Both the position numbers and the translations under genes were made by a program. The notes beneath the pieces were generated by a model, which had not been told where the DNA came from, did no database searches, and saw only the letters and a program-made list of their open reading frames with translations. DNA of 27,071 nucleotides from an uncultured Gammaproteobacteria bacterium. Lineage in GTDB: Bacteria > Pseudomonadota > Gammaproteobacteria > Acidiferrobacterales > CAJVXG01. The stretch is from NCBI GenBank assembly GCA_913009215.1, contig CAJVXG010000001.1, forward strand, positions 1-27,071. Direction: 5' to 3'. Of the stretch, positions 9,531 to 18,995 are shown in pieces (positions within the stretch are counted from its first letter, which is position 1; the number at the start of each line of letters is the position of its first letter).

Positions 9531-11585
9531 ATGTCCGTCATGAACGATAGTAAAAATCCCTTATTGCAGATAAAAGCCTTGCCATCCTTTGAATCGATCA
9601 AGGCCGGGCATGTGGAACCGGCGGTCAATGCGATGTTGGCCGATAATCGTCGACACATCGAAGAATTGTTGCAAGCCGGCAAAGACTATAACTGGGAAAA
9701 TTTTGTCCAGCCGATGGAAGAAATGGAGGAGGTCCTGGGCCGTATGTGGTCACCGGTGTCGCACCTGCATGCGGTGCGTGACAGCGAGGATCTGCGTACG
9801 GCATACAATAACTGCTTGCCCAAATTTACCAATTACCATACCGAATTGGCGCAGGACGAGCGTCTTTACAAGGCCTACAAGATGGTTGCTGCTGCTGTCG
9901 GTTTTAAGGATTTGGACCAGGCGCAGAAAAAAATTATTGATAATGAGCTGCGCGATTTTCGTCTTTCCGGTGCCGATCTCAATAAGCCGGAGCAACAACG
10001 TTTCAAGGCGATTCAGGAGGAACTGTCGGGGCTGTACAGCAAGTTTGAGGAAAACCTGCTGGATGCCACACAGGCCTGGGAGATGTGCCTGACAGAGGAT
10101 TCCGAAATTGCTGGTCTGCCGCAGACGGCCCTGGCCATGGCGCAGCAGGCCGCAGAGCAGGACAACAGGAGCGGATGGAAATTTACGTTACATGCGCCAT
10201 CCTATATCTCCTTTATGAGTTATGCTGACAATCGGGCATTGCGACAACAGATGTACACCGCCTATGTCACACGCGCCAGCGACCAGAGTGATCAGACACA
10301 ATGGGACAATAGCGAGCTTATGTTACAGATGTTGCGCCTGCGCGGTGAGAAGGCGCAGTTGCTGGGCTACCCGAATTATGCCGCTTACTCGCTGGAAACC
10401 AAAATGGCGGATACCGTAGAGCAGGTTATGGGTTTCCTTAACGACCTGGCCGAACGCTCCCGGGCCGCGGCACAAAAAGATCTTGATGAGCTAAAGAACT
10501 TTGCCCTGGAGACTGACAAGATCAATTATCTTGAGGCCTGGGACGCTGCCTATTATTCTGAAAAATTGCAACAACATCGATATCGTTTCTCCCAGGAAGA
10601 AGTACGTCCCTATTTTCCGGCACCGCAGGTATTGTCTGGAATGTTCGAGGTGGTGCAGCGGCTCTATGGATTACGCATCAAGCAGCGGCAGGGAGTAGAA
10701 GTCTGGCACCCGGATGCGGCCTTTTATGAAATACATGATTCCACAAACCGGTTGCGTGGCCAATTTTATATCGATCTTTATGCCCGAGATCACAAGCGCG
10801 GTGGCGCCTGGATGGATGAATGTACGGTACGCATGCGTCGGGGTGACACGGTGCAGACGCCAGTGGCCTATCTGACCTGTAACTTCTCACCTCCGGTTGG
10901 GGACAGACCATCCTTACTGACTCACGAGGAAGTCCTGACTGTGTTTCATGAATTTGGACATGGTTTGCACCACCTGCTGACCCAGGTGGATTATGCCGGT
11001 GTCTCCGGGATTAATGGTGTGGCCTGGGATGCCGTCGAGTTGCCGAGCCAGTTCATGGAGAACTGGTGCTGGGAGGGTGAGGCACTGGAGTTGATCGCCC
11101 GGCATGTCGATACCGGGGACCCGCTACCGAAAGAATTATTCGGAAAAATGCTGGCGGCGAAAAATTTCCAGTCGGCAATGCAGATGGTGCGGCAGCTTGA
11201 GCTTTCCATATTTGATATGCGTCTGCACAGCGAATTCGATCCCGACGGAAGGTTATCGATACAGGACGTACTGGATGACGTGCGGCGTGAAGTTGCTGTT
11301 ATGATTCCGCCTGAATTTAACCGGTTCCAGCATTCCTTCGGCCATATTTTTTCCGGTGGTTATGCCGCTGGTTATTATAGTTATAAATGGGCCGAGGTGT
11401 TGTCGGCAGATGCCTTCAGTAAATTTGAGGAAAATGGCATATTTAATCGAAAGACCGGGGAGGAGTTTATGCATTCCATCCTGGAGGCCGGTGGTTCCGA
11501 GGAACCCATGGTTTTGTTCAAACGTTTCCGGGGTCGTGAGCCCAGCATTGATGCGCTGTTGCGTCATTCCGGTCTAAGCCAATAA
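9531..11585 (+). CDS. prlC: Oligopeptidase A (M3A)
   Basis: NPLL N-terminus, KRGGAWMD, PVAYLTCNF, FHEFGHGLHH zinc motif, WDAVELPSQFMENW, GYAAGYYSYKWAEVL. Start could be 9540. Confidence 0.96.
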   Translation: MSVMNDSKNPLLQIKALPSFESIKAGHVEPAVNAMLADNRRHIEELLQAGKDYNWENFVQPMEEMEEVLGRMWSPVSHLHAVRDSEDLRTAYNNCLPKFTNYHTELAQDERLYKAYKMVAAAVGFKDLDQAQKKIIDNELRDFRLSGADLNKPEQQRFKAIQEELSGLYSKFEENLLDATQAWEMCLTEDSEIAGLPQTALAMAQQAAEQDNRSGWKFTLHAPSYISFMSYADNRALRQQMYTAYVTRASDQSDQTQWDNSELMLQMLRLRGEKAQLLGYPNYAAYSLETKMADTVEQVMGFLNDLAERSRAAAQKDLDELKNFALETDKINYLEAWDAAYYSEKLQQHRYRFSQEEVRPYFPAPQVLSGMFEVVQRLYGLRIKQRQGVEVWHPDAAFYEIHDSTNRLRGQFYIDLYARDHKRGGAWMDECTVRMRRGDTVQTPVAYLTCNFSPPVGDRPSLLTHEEVLTVFHEFGHGLHHLLTQVDYAGVSGINGVAWDAVELPSQFMENWCWEGEALELIARHVDTGDPLPKELFGKMLAAKNFQSAMQMVRQLELSIFDMRLHSEFDPDGRLSIQDVLDDVRREVAVMIPPEFNRFQHSFGHIFSGGYAAGYYSYKWAEVLSADAFSKFEENGIFNRKTGEEFMHSILEAGGSEEPMVLFKRFRGREPSIDALLRHSGLSQ

Positions 11586-11602
11586 CGAATGAGGTAGTAA
11601 TC

Positions 11603-12133
11603 TTGGTCAAGTGCTTGCAAATGGTGGTTTATGGATTGTTGGTGTTAGTTCTGTCCGTGATCCTTTTTCCTGCGTTTGCAGAGGAGAGTGGCACTGGTAG
11701 CGCTACAGCGACCGGAACTACCGGGACAGAGACGACTACCGGCACTGCCGCCGCCAAACCCGCCGTTAGTGTGGTACCGACATTGAGCCCGTTGCAGAAG
11801 GCCTATAAGCGCAACCGGCAGTTGCGCCAGGATTTACGGAAAACACGCGGCAAGCTGGCCACCCAAACGGCCCGGATCCAATCTCTGGAAAAGAAGCTGC
11901 TGCAAAAAAATACCAAACCGGTGGTCGATGATGCCGAGTTTGCCAATACTCGTCGTGCCAGCAGCAGGATTAGGGAACCTGAAGCCACGTCATTTACGGA
12001 GGTTTTTGCCGGTTTCAACTGGCTGTGGCTACTGGTTTCTTTTGCTATGCTTATTATAGGCTTTTGGGCCGGTGTGGCCTGGTTACGTGAACATAATCGC
12101 AAGAAACTGGGTGGTATGCACCTGAGGATATAG
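11603..12133 (+). CDS. Hypothetical membrane-anchored periplasmic protein (signal peptide, Thr/Gly linker, coiled coil, C-terminal TM plus basic tail)
   Basis: GAGG 8 nt before TTG start; hydrophobic N-terminus ending AFA; C-terminal WLWLLVSFAMLIIGFWAGVAWLREHNRKKLGG; sits tightly between prlC and the next gene. Confidence 0.75.
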   Translation: MVKCLQMVVYGLLVLVLSVILFPAFAEESGTGSATATGTTGTETTTGTAAAKPAVSVVPTLSPLQKAYKRNRQLRQDLRKTRGKLATQTARIQSLEKKLLQKNTKPVVDDAEFANTRRASSRIREPEATSFTEVFAGFNWLWLLVSFAMLIIGFWAGVAWLREHNRKKLGGMHLRI

Positions 12134-12135
12134 TA

Positions 12136-12633
12136 ATGGCGATGAAAACTATTCTGCTTGTTTTGGTCTTAATGGTTTCTGTGCCCACTGTCATGGCCGA
12201 GCGCCTGTACAAATGGACCGACAGCAGTGGACGGGTCAGTTATCATGACACCCCTCCTCCACAGGGCTCGGGCTACCACGTCGAAGAAAAAAGGATACGT
12301 GGCAATAACCGCTATGGTGGTGATGACGAGAATCCCAATACAGAGGCGGCATCAAAAAATCCGGTGATACTCTACTCAGTACCCGAATGCGTTACTTGTG
12401 ATCTGGCCCGTGCCTATTTACAGAAACAAAAGATTCCGTTTAAAGAAGTCAACGTGGTGAATGATCCCAAGCTACAGCAACAGTTGAAGAAAGTATCCGG
12501 ATCACTGTCGGTGCCTACCATTACTGTGGGCAAGAAAGTCATGAATGGTTATATGCAGTCCTTGCTGGAAGGTGAATTGGCGGCGGCTGGCTATGTCAAG
12601 CCCGACGCGAAAAAAACAGAAAACGAATCATAA
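12136..12633 (+). CDS. Exported DUF4124 + glutaredoxin-like (CxxC) domain protein
   Basis: Signal peptide, LYKWTDSSGRVSYHDTPP (DUF4124-type), VILYSVPECVTCDLARAYL, SVPTITVG. Confidence 0.85.
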   Translation: MAMKTILLVLVLMVSVPTVMAERLYKWTDSSGRVSYHDTPPPQGSGYHVEEKRIRGNNRYGGDDENPNTEAASKNPVILYSVPECVTCDLARAYLQKQKIPFKEVNVVNDPKLQQQLKKVSGSLSVPTITVGKKVMNGYMQSLLEGELAAAGYVKPDAKKTENES

Positions 12634-12652
12634 TAAATAGCCAAACTTTTCC

Positions 12653-13417
12653 GTGAAGATCGCTACCTGGAATGTCAATTCCATCCGCGTGCGTTTGCCG
12701 CACATTATTGACTGGTTGTCGAAACAGCAACCCGATGTTTTGTGTCTGCAGGAAACCAAGGTGATTGATGAACTGTTTCCGGCAGAGGCCCTGCAGGAGG
12801 TCGGCTACGAATCGATTTACTGTGGCCAGAAAACCTACAATGGTGTTGCTACCTTAAGCAAATCCACGGCCGAGGATGTGTTGAGGCAGCCGGTGGCACT
12901 GCAAGATGAGCAGAAGCGGTGTATTGTCGCGACCATAGATAATATCCGCGTTATTAACGTCTATGTGCCCAATGGCTCCGAAGTGGGTTCGGACAAGTAC
13001 CAATACAAATTGCAATGGCTCAGGCAGTTGCATGCTTACCTGAAGCAGGAGCTGGAACTGTATGAGCAACTGGTTGTTGTTGGCGATTACAATATTGCGC
13101 CCGAGGATAGCGATGTCCATGACCCGGAGGCCTGGCAGGGTTCGGTGCTGGTGAGCGATAAAGAACGCGATGCCTTTCAGGCCATGCTTGCCATGGGTCT
13201 GGTGGATGTATTCCGCCAGTTTGAACAGGAAGAGGGTAGCTACAGCTGGTGGGACTATCGTGCGGCGGCCTTCCGTCGCAACCGCGGCCTGCGCATTGAT
13301 CATATATTATGTTCTGAAGCCCTGAGCCGGCAGTGCCACAGCTGTGTCATCGATAAGGAGCCACGGTCCTGGGAGAAGCCCTCGGATCATGCCCCGGTGG
13401 TTGCGGAGTTCAAGTAG
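12653..13417 (+). CDS. xth: Exodeoxyribonuclease III
   Basis: MKIATWNVNSIR, CLQETK, GQKTYNGVA, YVPNG, GDYNIAP, YSWWDYR, GLRIDH, PSDHAPV. GTG start. Confidence 0.96.
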   Translation: MKIATWNVNSIRVRLPHIIDWLSKQQPDVLCLQETKVIDELFPAEALQEVGYESIYCGQKTYNGVATLSKSTAEDVLRQPVALQDEQKRCIVATIDNIRVINVYVPNGSEVGSDKYQYKLQWLRQLHAYLKQELELYEQLVVVGDYNIAPEDSDVHDPEAWQGSVLVSDKERDAFQAMLAMGLVDVFRQFEQEEGSYSWWDYRAAAFRRNRGLRIDHILCSEALSRQCHSCVIDKEPRSWEKPSDHAPVVAEFK

Positions 13418-13419
13418 AC

Positions 13420-14784
13420 TTATTTAATCCAGATGGTTTTGGTATTAACGAATTCACGGATGCCATGCTGAGATAATTCGCGCCCGTAGCCCGACGCCTT
13501 GATGCCACCAAAAGGCAGCCGCGGATCGCTTTTTACTATCCCGTTAATAAAGGTAGCACCCGATTGCATTTGCCGCGCCAGCGTTTCCCCTTTCCTCAGA
13601 TCACTGGTCCAGATACTGCCGCCGAGACCGAAACGGCTGTCATTGGCAATGCGCAGGGCATCGGCCTCGTCTTTGGCGCGGATGAAGATGGCAACGGGTC
13701 CGAATAGTTCTTCTTCATAGGCGCGTATTCCCGGTTGTACCCGATCAAGAATAGATGCCGGGTAATAACTACCCGAGGTGTCAGGCAGGGTACACCCCAG
13801 TATGGCCTTGGCGCCCTGGGCGATGGAATCAGTAACCTGTTGGTGCAATTCATCACGCAAATCCTGCCGTGCCATGGGCCCCAGGGTGGTGTTTTCATCG
13901 GCAGGATTACCCATACTTAAGATACCCGCTTTTTCTTTAAAGCGTTTTAAAAAATCATCGGCAATATCCTCAACGACTATAAAACGTTTTGAGGCGATAC
14001 AACTTTGTCCGCAGTTCAGGTAGCGTGAGGCCACGCCGATGGTGGCCGCCTCATCAAGATCGGCATCGGCAAGAACCATAAAGGCATCTGAACCACCAAG
14101 CTCCAGTACCGATTTTTTCAGGCTGTGGCCGGCCGTCGAGGCGACCTGGCGACCGGCGGGTTCGCTGCCAGTGAGGGTAATGGCATGGATGCGCGGGTCC
14201 TCGATGACGGCGGCGGTCTGTTTTGCGGCAATCGGTAAATTGCAAAATACATAATCCGGGAACCCGGCATTGCTGAAGACTTCTTCAATAGCGGCGGCAC
14301 ACTGCGGTACATTGGAGGCGTGCTTTAAGACGCCGGTGTTGCCTGCCATCAGGCTCGGTGCGGCAAAGCGAAGCACTTGCCAGAATGGAAAGTTCCATGG
14401 CATGACTGCCAGTACGGTACCGAGTGGTAAATAGGCTACCAGGCTGCGCCCGGCATCGGATTCAATGATTTCGTCAGCAAGGAATGACTCGGCATGATCG
14501 GCATAATAATCACATACCGCAGCGCATTTCTCGATTTCGCCCCGGGCCTCCTTAATGATTTTTCCCACCTCCAGGACAATCAGACCGGCGTAGTGGTCCT
14601 GGCGTTTGCGTAATTCCTTGGCGGCATTCTTCATTAATGCAGCACGTTCCGGGAAGTCGGTGTTTTGCCATTGAGTCGAGGCAGCAGCTACGTTTTTCAG
14701 GGCCCGTTCAACAGCGCTATTATCCCAATAGTCGAATGTGGCGAGAGTTTTATTGGTTGCTGGGTTAGTGCTTTCTAGTGGCAT
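13420..14784 (-). CDS. NAD(P)-dependent succinate-semialdehyde dehydrogenase (Sad/GabD type)
   Basis: VMPWNFPFWQ, LKHASNVP, TLTGSE, LELGGSD (Glu), GQSCIA (Cys), EELFGPV, PFGGIKASGYGRE. Confidence 0.9.
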   Translation of the reverse strand: MPLESTNPATNKTLATFDYWDNSAVERALKNVAAASTQWQNTDFPERAALMKNAAKELRKRQDHYAGLIVLEVGKIIKEARGEIEKCAAVCDYYADHAESFLADEIIESDAGRSLVAYLPLGTVLAVMPWNFPFWQVLRFAAPSLMAGNTGVLKHASNVPQCAAAIEEVFSNAGFPDYVFCNLPIAAKQTAAVIEDPRIHAITLTGSEPAGRQVASTAGHSLKKSVLELGGSDAFMVLADADLDEAATIGVASRYLNCGQSCIASKRFIVVEDIADDFLKRFKEKAGILSMGNPADENTTLGPMARQDLRDELHQQVTDSIAQGAKAILGCTLPDTSGSYYPASILDRVQPGIRAYEEELFGPVAIFIRAKDEADALRIANDSRFGLGGSIWTSDLRKGETLARQMQSGATFINGIVKSDPRLPFGGIKASGYGRELSQHGIREFVNTKTIWIK

Positions 14785-14859
14785 AGCGGTTTCCTCGTAA
14801 TTCCCCTATAGTTAAGTATGTCTGGTAGCCCGAATATTACACTATCATCAGCAATAGAT

Positions 14860-16827
14860 ATGATTAAAAGGAAGAGGTTCATTCTAGCGGCGTTTTTTCT
14901 GGTCTTGCCGGGGTTACTCGCTGTGGCGCCTGTTGTTGAGGCCAGTGTTGCCGACAAGGACAAGCAACGCCGTAACTATCTGTACGCCCTGGAGGCAGTA
15001 CGGGGTGGGAATTATGAACGTTATAAAAAGTATTACCGGCAGCTGAAGGATTATCCCCTACAGGGTTATGTGCATTATTACTATCTGAAGAAACGGCTGG
15101 ACAAAACCCCTGCCAGGGAAGTTCAAAAATATCTGCAAGCCAACCGGCACTCCTATAATGGTTATTTGTTACGACGGGACTGGCTCAAATACCTGGCCAG
15201 GCGCGGCCGCTGGAAGGCCTTTATTCAGGAATACGGTGATGGGGAGGATCTAAAGAAGAGCCGCAAGATTACCTGTTACTACCTGAAGTACAAAATACGG
15301 CATAGTGAAAACAAGGCCGCGGTTATGGAACAGATTGGTAAGGTGTGGCTGTACGGTAAACGATTACCACCGGCATGCGACACCGTTTTTAACAGCTGGC
15401 GCCGTGCCGGTCATATGACTTCCGATATAGTCTGGCAGCGTATTGAACTGGCTATGAAACGCCGCCGGCTGTCGCTGGTGCGAGACTTAAGTAAATACCT
15501 GGGCGTCAAGGACAAGGTGTGGGTTAAACGCTGGATCGCGATGCACAAGAATCCGGTGAAGGAATTAGCCGGCATCCGTTATGCTGTTGATTCGCAAAGG
15601 GCGCGCAACATCGTACGTCATGGCGTTGTCCGTATCGGTTACCGTGACCCGGAAGTGGCCATGGAAAAATGGTTACAATTGAAAAAGAAATACAATTTCT
15701 TTGGCGAAGACGACAATTACGTCAACCGCTGGCTCGGCATTCTCGGTGCACAAAATCATCTACCGGAATCCCTGGACTGGTTGTCGGCGGTATCGGCAAG
15801 TGCTGATGACAAACGTTTGTTAATCTGGCGCGTCAAGGCCGCAATCTATCTCCAGGACTGGGGCCGGGTGAAACAGTTTATTTCGGCCTTGCCTGTTGTT
15901 ATGCGTCAGGAGGAAAAGTGGCGTTACTGGCAGGCACGTGCATTGGAACAAACCAAAGAAAAGAGGGAGGCACATCAAATCTTTGCCGAGATTGCCACCA
16001 ATCGCAGCTATTATGGTTTTCTTGCCGCCGATCGGCTGAAGTCGGAATACAATATGCAGCACGACAATATTGAGGCGACACCGGAGGAAGTGAGTGCGGT
16101 GCTGGCCATGCCCGGGATCCAGATTGCCCAGGAGTTGTATCACAGTGGACAAATTGTCCCGGCGCGACGACAGTGGAACTGGTATTTGCGCAGAATGAGT
16201 AATCGTGACCTGCAAGTCGCGGCACTGATTGCACAGCAATGGGGTTGGTACGATCGTGCCCTCTATACTGCCAATAAAAGCGATCATCTCGATGATCTCG
16301 ATATTCGCTTCCCGCTGGCCTATCGCGAGCAGATAGTCAGTAACGCCAGGAAAGCCAACATCGACACCAACTGGATGTACGGTATTATTCGACAGGAAAG
16401 TGCGTTTATGAAAGACGTTCGTTCTTCGGCTGGTGCGCTTGGCCTGATGCAGTTGATGCCAAGGACCGGGCGCGAGGAGAGCAGACGGCTGAAGTTGAAT
16501 GTTCGCAGTCGTAGTGAAATTCTGAAAGTGAAAAACAACCTGCTACTGGGCGCCAGCCATTTACGTACCGTACTGGGTCGTCATGGCGATAACCAGATGC
16601 TGGCCACTGCCGCCTATAATGCCGGTTCCCACCGTGTTAAACATTGGCAACCGGAAAAGAAAATGGCAGCCGATATCTGGACCGAGTCCATCCCCTTTAA
16701 TGAGACACGTAACTACGTGAAGAACGTGATGGCCTTTACCACAATTTATATGTACCGCTTAGGCAAGAACATTATGCGTCTGCAGTCACGGATGCAGGCG
16801 GTCGAAGGTAAAAAGCCCAAGAAATAA
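14860..16827 (+). CDS. slt: Soluble lytic murein transglycosylase (Slt70-like)
   Basis: Signal peptide from MIKRKRF (ATG 14860; track start 14818), RYWQARA, SYYGFLAA, IIRQESAF (catalytic Glu), GALGLMQLMP, AAYNAG, IPFNETRNYVKNV. Confidence 0.92.
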   Translation: MIKRKRFILAAFFLVLPGLLAVAPVVEASVADKDKQRRNYLYALEAVRGGNYERYKKYYRQLKDYPLQGYVHYYYLKKRLDKTPAREVQKYLQANRHSYNGYLLRRDWLKYLARRGRWKAFIQEYGDGEDLKKSRKITCYYLKYKIRHSENKAAVMEQIGKVWLYGKRLPPACDTVFNSWRRAGHMTSDIVWQRIELAMKRRRLSLVRDLSKYLGVKDKVWVKRWIAMHKNPVKELAGIRYAVDSQRARNIVRHGVVRIGYRDPEVAMEKWLQLKKKYNFFGEDDNYVNRWLGILGAQNHLPESLDWLSAVSASADDKRLLIWRVKAAIYLQDWGRVKQFISALPVVMRQEEKWRYWQARALEQTKEKREAHQIFAEIATNRSYYGFLAADRLKSEYNMQHDNIEATPEEVSAVLAMPGIQIAQELYHSGQIVPARRQWNWYLRRMSNRDLQVAALIAQQWGWYDRALYTANKSDHLDDLDIRFPLAYREQIVSNARKANIDTNWMYGIIRQESAFMKDVRSSAGALGLMQLMPRTGREESRRLKLNVRSRSEILKVKNNLLLGASHLRTVLGRHGDNQMLATAAYNAGSHRVKHWQPEKKMAADIWTESIPFNETRNYVKNVMAFTTIYMYRLGKNIMRLQSRMQAVEGKKPKK

Positions 16828-16911
16828 ACCATTCCCCCTGTTTTCTTGATTCGCCGCAACACATTGTGGACAATGGCCCCTCAATATTGAGAAAATTAAA
16901 GATTAACGACC

Positions 16912-17883
16912 ATGCCTGGATTGAATGTCTGTCTGCTCGGCGGCTGTGGTTTTGTTGGCCACAGTATCGCGGCACGCCTGTCTACCGCGGGCCACTATAG
17001 CCGTATTATTACCCGGCGCCGTGAACGCCATCGCGACCTGCTGGTATTGCCGAATTGTCATATTGTACAAGGCGATGTGCACGATCCTGCCTTTTTGCAA
17101 AATACGTTTAAGGATATGGATGTGGTGATTAATCTCGTTGGTATCCTTAATGAGAAGGGGCGTAACGGCAAGGGTTTTGAGAAAGTGCATGTGCATTTGA
17201 CACAGAAGATTATCGAGGCCTGCCGTAATAGCGGTGCCAACCGTTTGCTGCATATGAGTGCACTGCATGCCTCGGTAAACGGCCCGAGTCATTATCTACG
17301 CAGCAAGGGTTATGGTGAAAATCTGGTACACGATGCTGCCAGGCATGGTTTGCGAGTAACGTCGTTTCGACCTTCAGTGATGTTCGGCCCCATGGATTCA
17401 TTTCTGAATCGTTTTGCGCAGTTGTTGTCGCTGGCGCCAGGATGGTTCCCGCTGGCCTGTGCCGGATCCCGTATGCAACCGGTTTACGTTGAGGATGTTG
17501 CCAGGGCCTTTGTCACGGCCATCAGTGATCGCAAAACCTATGGCCAACGTTATGAGCTTTGCGGGCCCAGGGCCTACACCCTCATGGATATCGTACGCTA
17601 CGTCGACCAATTGCAACAGGGACGCCACAGAATTATTCCATTGGGTGATGGCTTGTCAAAACTGCAGGCCGTACTTCTGGAATTCTTCCCGGGAAAACCC
17701 TTTACCATGGACAACTATCGATCATTGCAGATAGACAGCGTCTGTCGTGGTGCTTTCCCGGAAATCTTCGGTATTGTGCCAACGGCCATGGAAGAGATTA
17801 TGCCAGGCGCTATTGGAGTTTCAACACAGGCCATGGACGAATATCGCCAAGACGCAAAACGCAACAAGGCAGGGGGAGCATAG
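16912..17883 (+). CDS. Complex I NDUFA9-subunit-family atypical SDR (NAD-dependent epimerase/dehydratase fold)
   Basis: GGCGFVG, VINLVGILNE, LLHMSAL, SHYLRSK, FRPSVMFGPMD, QPVYVEDVA, YELCGP. Confidence 0.88.
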   Translation: MPGLNVCLLGGCGFVGHSIAARLSTAGHYSRIITRRRERHRDLLVLPNCHIVQGDVHDPAFLQNTFKDMDVVINLVGILNEKGRNGKGFEKVHVHLTQKIIEACRNSGANRLLHMSALHASVNGPSHYLRSKGYGENLVHDAARHGLRVTSFRPSVMFGPMDSFLNRFAQLLSLAPGWFPLACAGSRMQPVYVEDVARAFVTAISDRKTYGQRYELCGPRAYTLMDIVRYVDQLQQGRHRIIPLGDGLSKLQAVLLEFFPGKPFTMDNYRSLQIDSVCRGAFPEIFGIVPTAMEEIMPGAIGVSTQAMDEYRQDAKRNKAGGA

Positions 17884-18954
17884 CTAGTCGGGGTGGCTGT
17901 TTATTTGTTGCAGACGTTGTTTGCGCTGTTGTTCCGGCAAGGCCGCCAGTTTTTCTGCCTCCCGATAGAAGGCCTGTAGATTGCCCCTGGTTCTGCGTAG
18001 CAATTTCTGCAATGCCGGTACGTAATTATGATAGGTTCCCACCGAAGCAAGATGGGCATTGTTCAGATCCCGGGAAAACCAGGCATCGTAACCGGAGTAG
18101 TTGCCCCATCCTTTTTTTAAAATCTGATATTCAGCCTGCATTTGTCTGAACATGCTCTTTTTGCCTTCCCGTTTTTCTTTAATGCTTTGGGTTTTCTCAT
18201 AATGCCGTTCCAGTTTGGTGCGATATTTTTGTATCAGGACGACAAACCGTCGCTGCCGGTTTTTGCGTTCCAGATAGGACTGGAAATTTACATTACTGTC
18301 ATACCGTTGTATCCAGCGTCGCGTCCCTTCCAGTTCCACGGTCGTTGCCAGGGATTCACTGAATGCCGAATCGCTTTTGACATATATTTTTTGATGCGCA
18401 AGTTCATGAAATATCAGGCCAGCCAGCCTTGAGGTTGGGTAATGGATAAAGGTATTCAGTACCGGGTCGGCAAACCAGCCCAGGGTGGAGTAGGCGGTAA
18501 CACCACCAATGGTGACATCCAGGCCCTGCGCCTTCAGCTTGTCGGCAAATTGTTGGGCCTTGTCCTTACTGAAGTATCCTCGATAACTGATGCAACCGGC
18601 AAACAGGAAACACCAGGTTTTGGGCTTAACCGAAAACTCCGGCGCCGCAACCACGTTCCACACGACGTAAGGGCGCTTAAGATCGGCATATTTTTTGAAA
18701 CTCTTGTTGTCAGGTAACAATAATTCCTTGCTGGCGAATCGGCGGATTTGCTGCACCTTGTGTAATTTTTGTTTCAGCTTTGCATCGGTTTTGGGGTCTT
18801 TCCGCAGTTTGTCGATGTCCTGTCGCTGCGACATGATGGTCAGATGGCCATTAATGGAGTGGGCGTAATAGGCCAACCTGCCGCATGCGCTCAGTGCGAC
18901 CGTCAATAACAGGATTCCGCATATTCGTAATAATTTAATCAATCTGTTGCTCAT
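17884..18954 (-). CDS. Putative lipoprotein zinc aminopeptidase (DUF2265-like)
   Basis: Lipobox LSAC, YADLKRPYVVWNVVAAPEFS, WCFLFAGCISYRGYF, AYSTLGWFADP, IFHELAHQ (HExxH), LNNAHL. Start ATG 18954 or GTG 18960. Confidence 0.85.
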   Translation of the reverse strand: MSNRLIKLLRICGILLLTVALSACGRLAYYAHSINGHLTIMSQRQDIDKLRKDPKTDAKLKQKLHKVQQIRRFASKELLLPDNKSFKKYADLKRPYVVWNVVAAPEFSVKPKTWCFLFAGCISYRGYFSKDKAQQFADKLKAQGLDVTIGGVTAYSTLGWFADPVLNTFIHYPTSRLAGLIFHELAHQKIYVKSDSAFSESLATTVELEGTRRWIQRYDSNVNFQSYLERKNRQRRFVVLIQKYRTKLERHYEKTQSIKEKREGKKSMFRQMQAEYQILKKGWGNYSGYDAWFSRDLNNAHLASVGTYHNYVPALQKLLRRTRGNLQAFYREAEKLAALPEQQRKQRLQQINSHPD

Positions 18955-18995
18955 TAACACTTGGCGAAATCACTATGCCACATTAGGATGGCGAT

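Noticed and set aside
16846-16859. FNR-like box TTGAT-TCGC-CGCAA
   Set aside because: The second half-site matches only 3/5 of ATCAA; too weak.
18961-18981. TGGC...GC sigma-54-like elements in the aminopeptidase/cca spacer
   Set aside because: GG-to-GC spacing is 2 nt too long on both strands.
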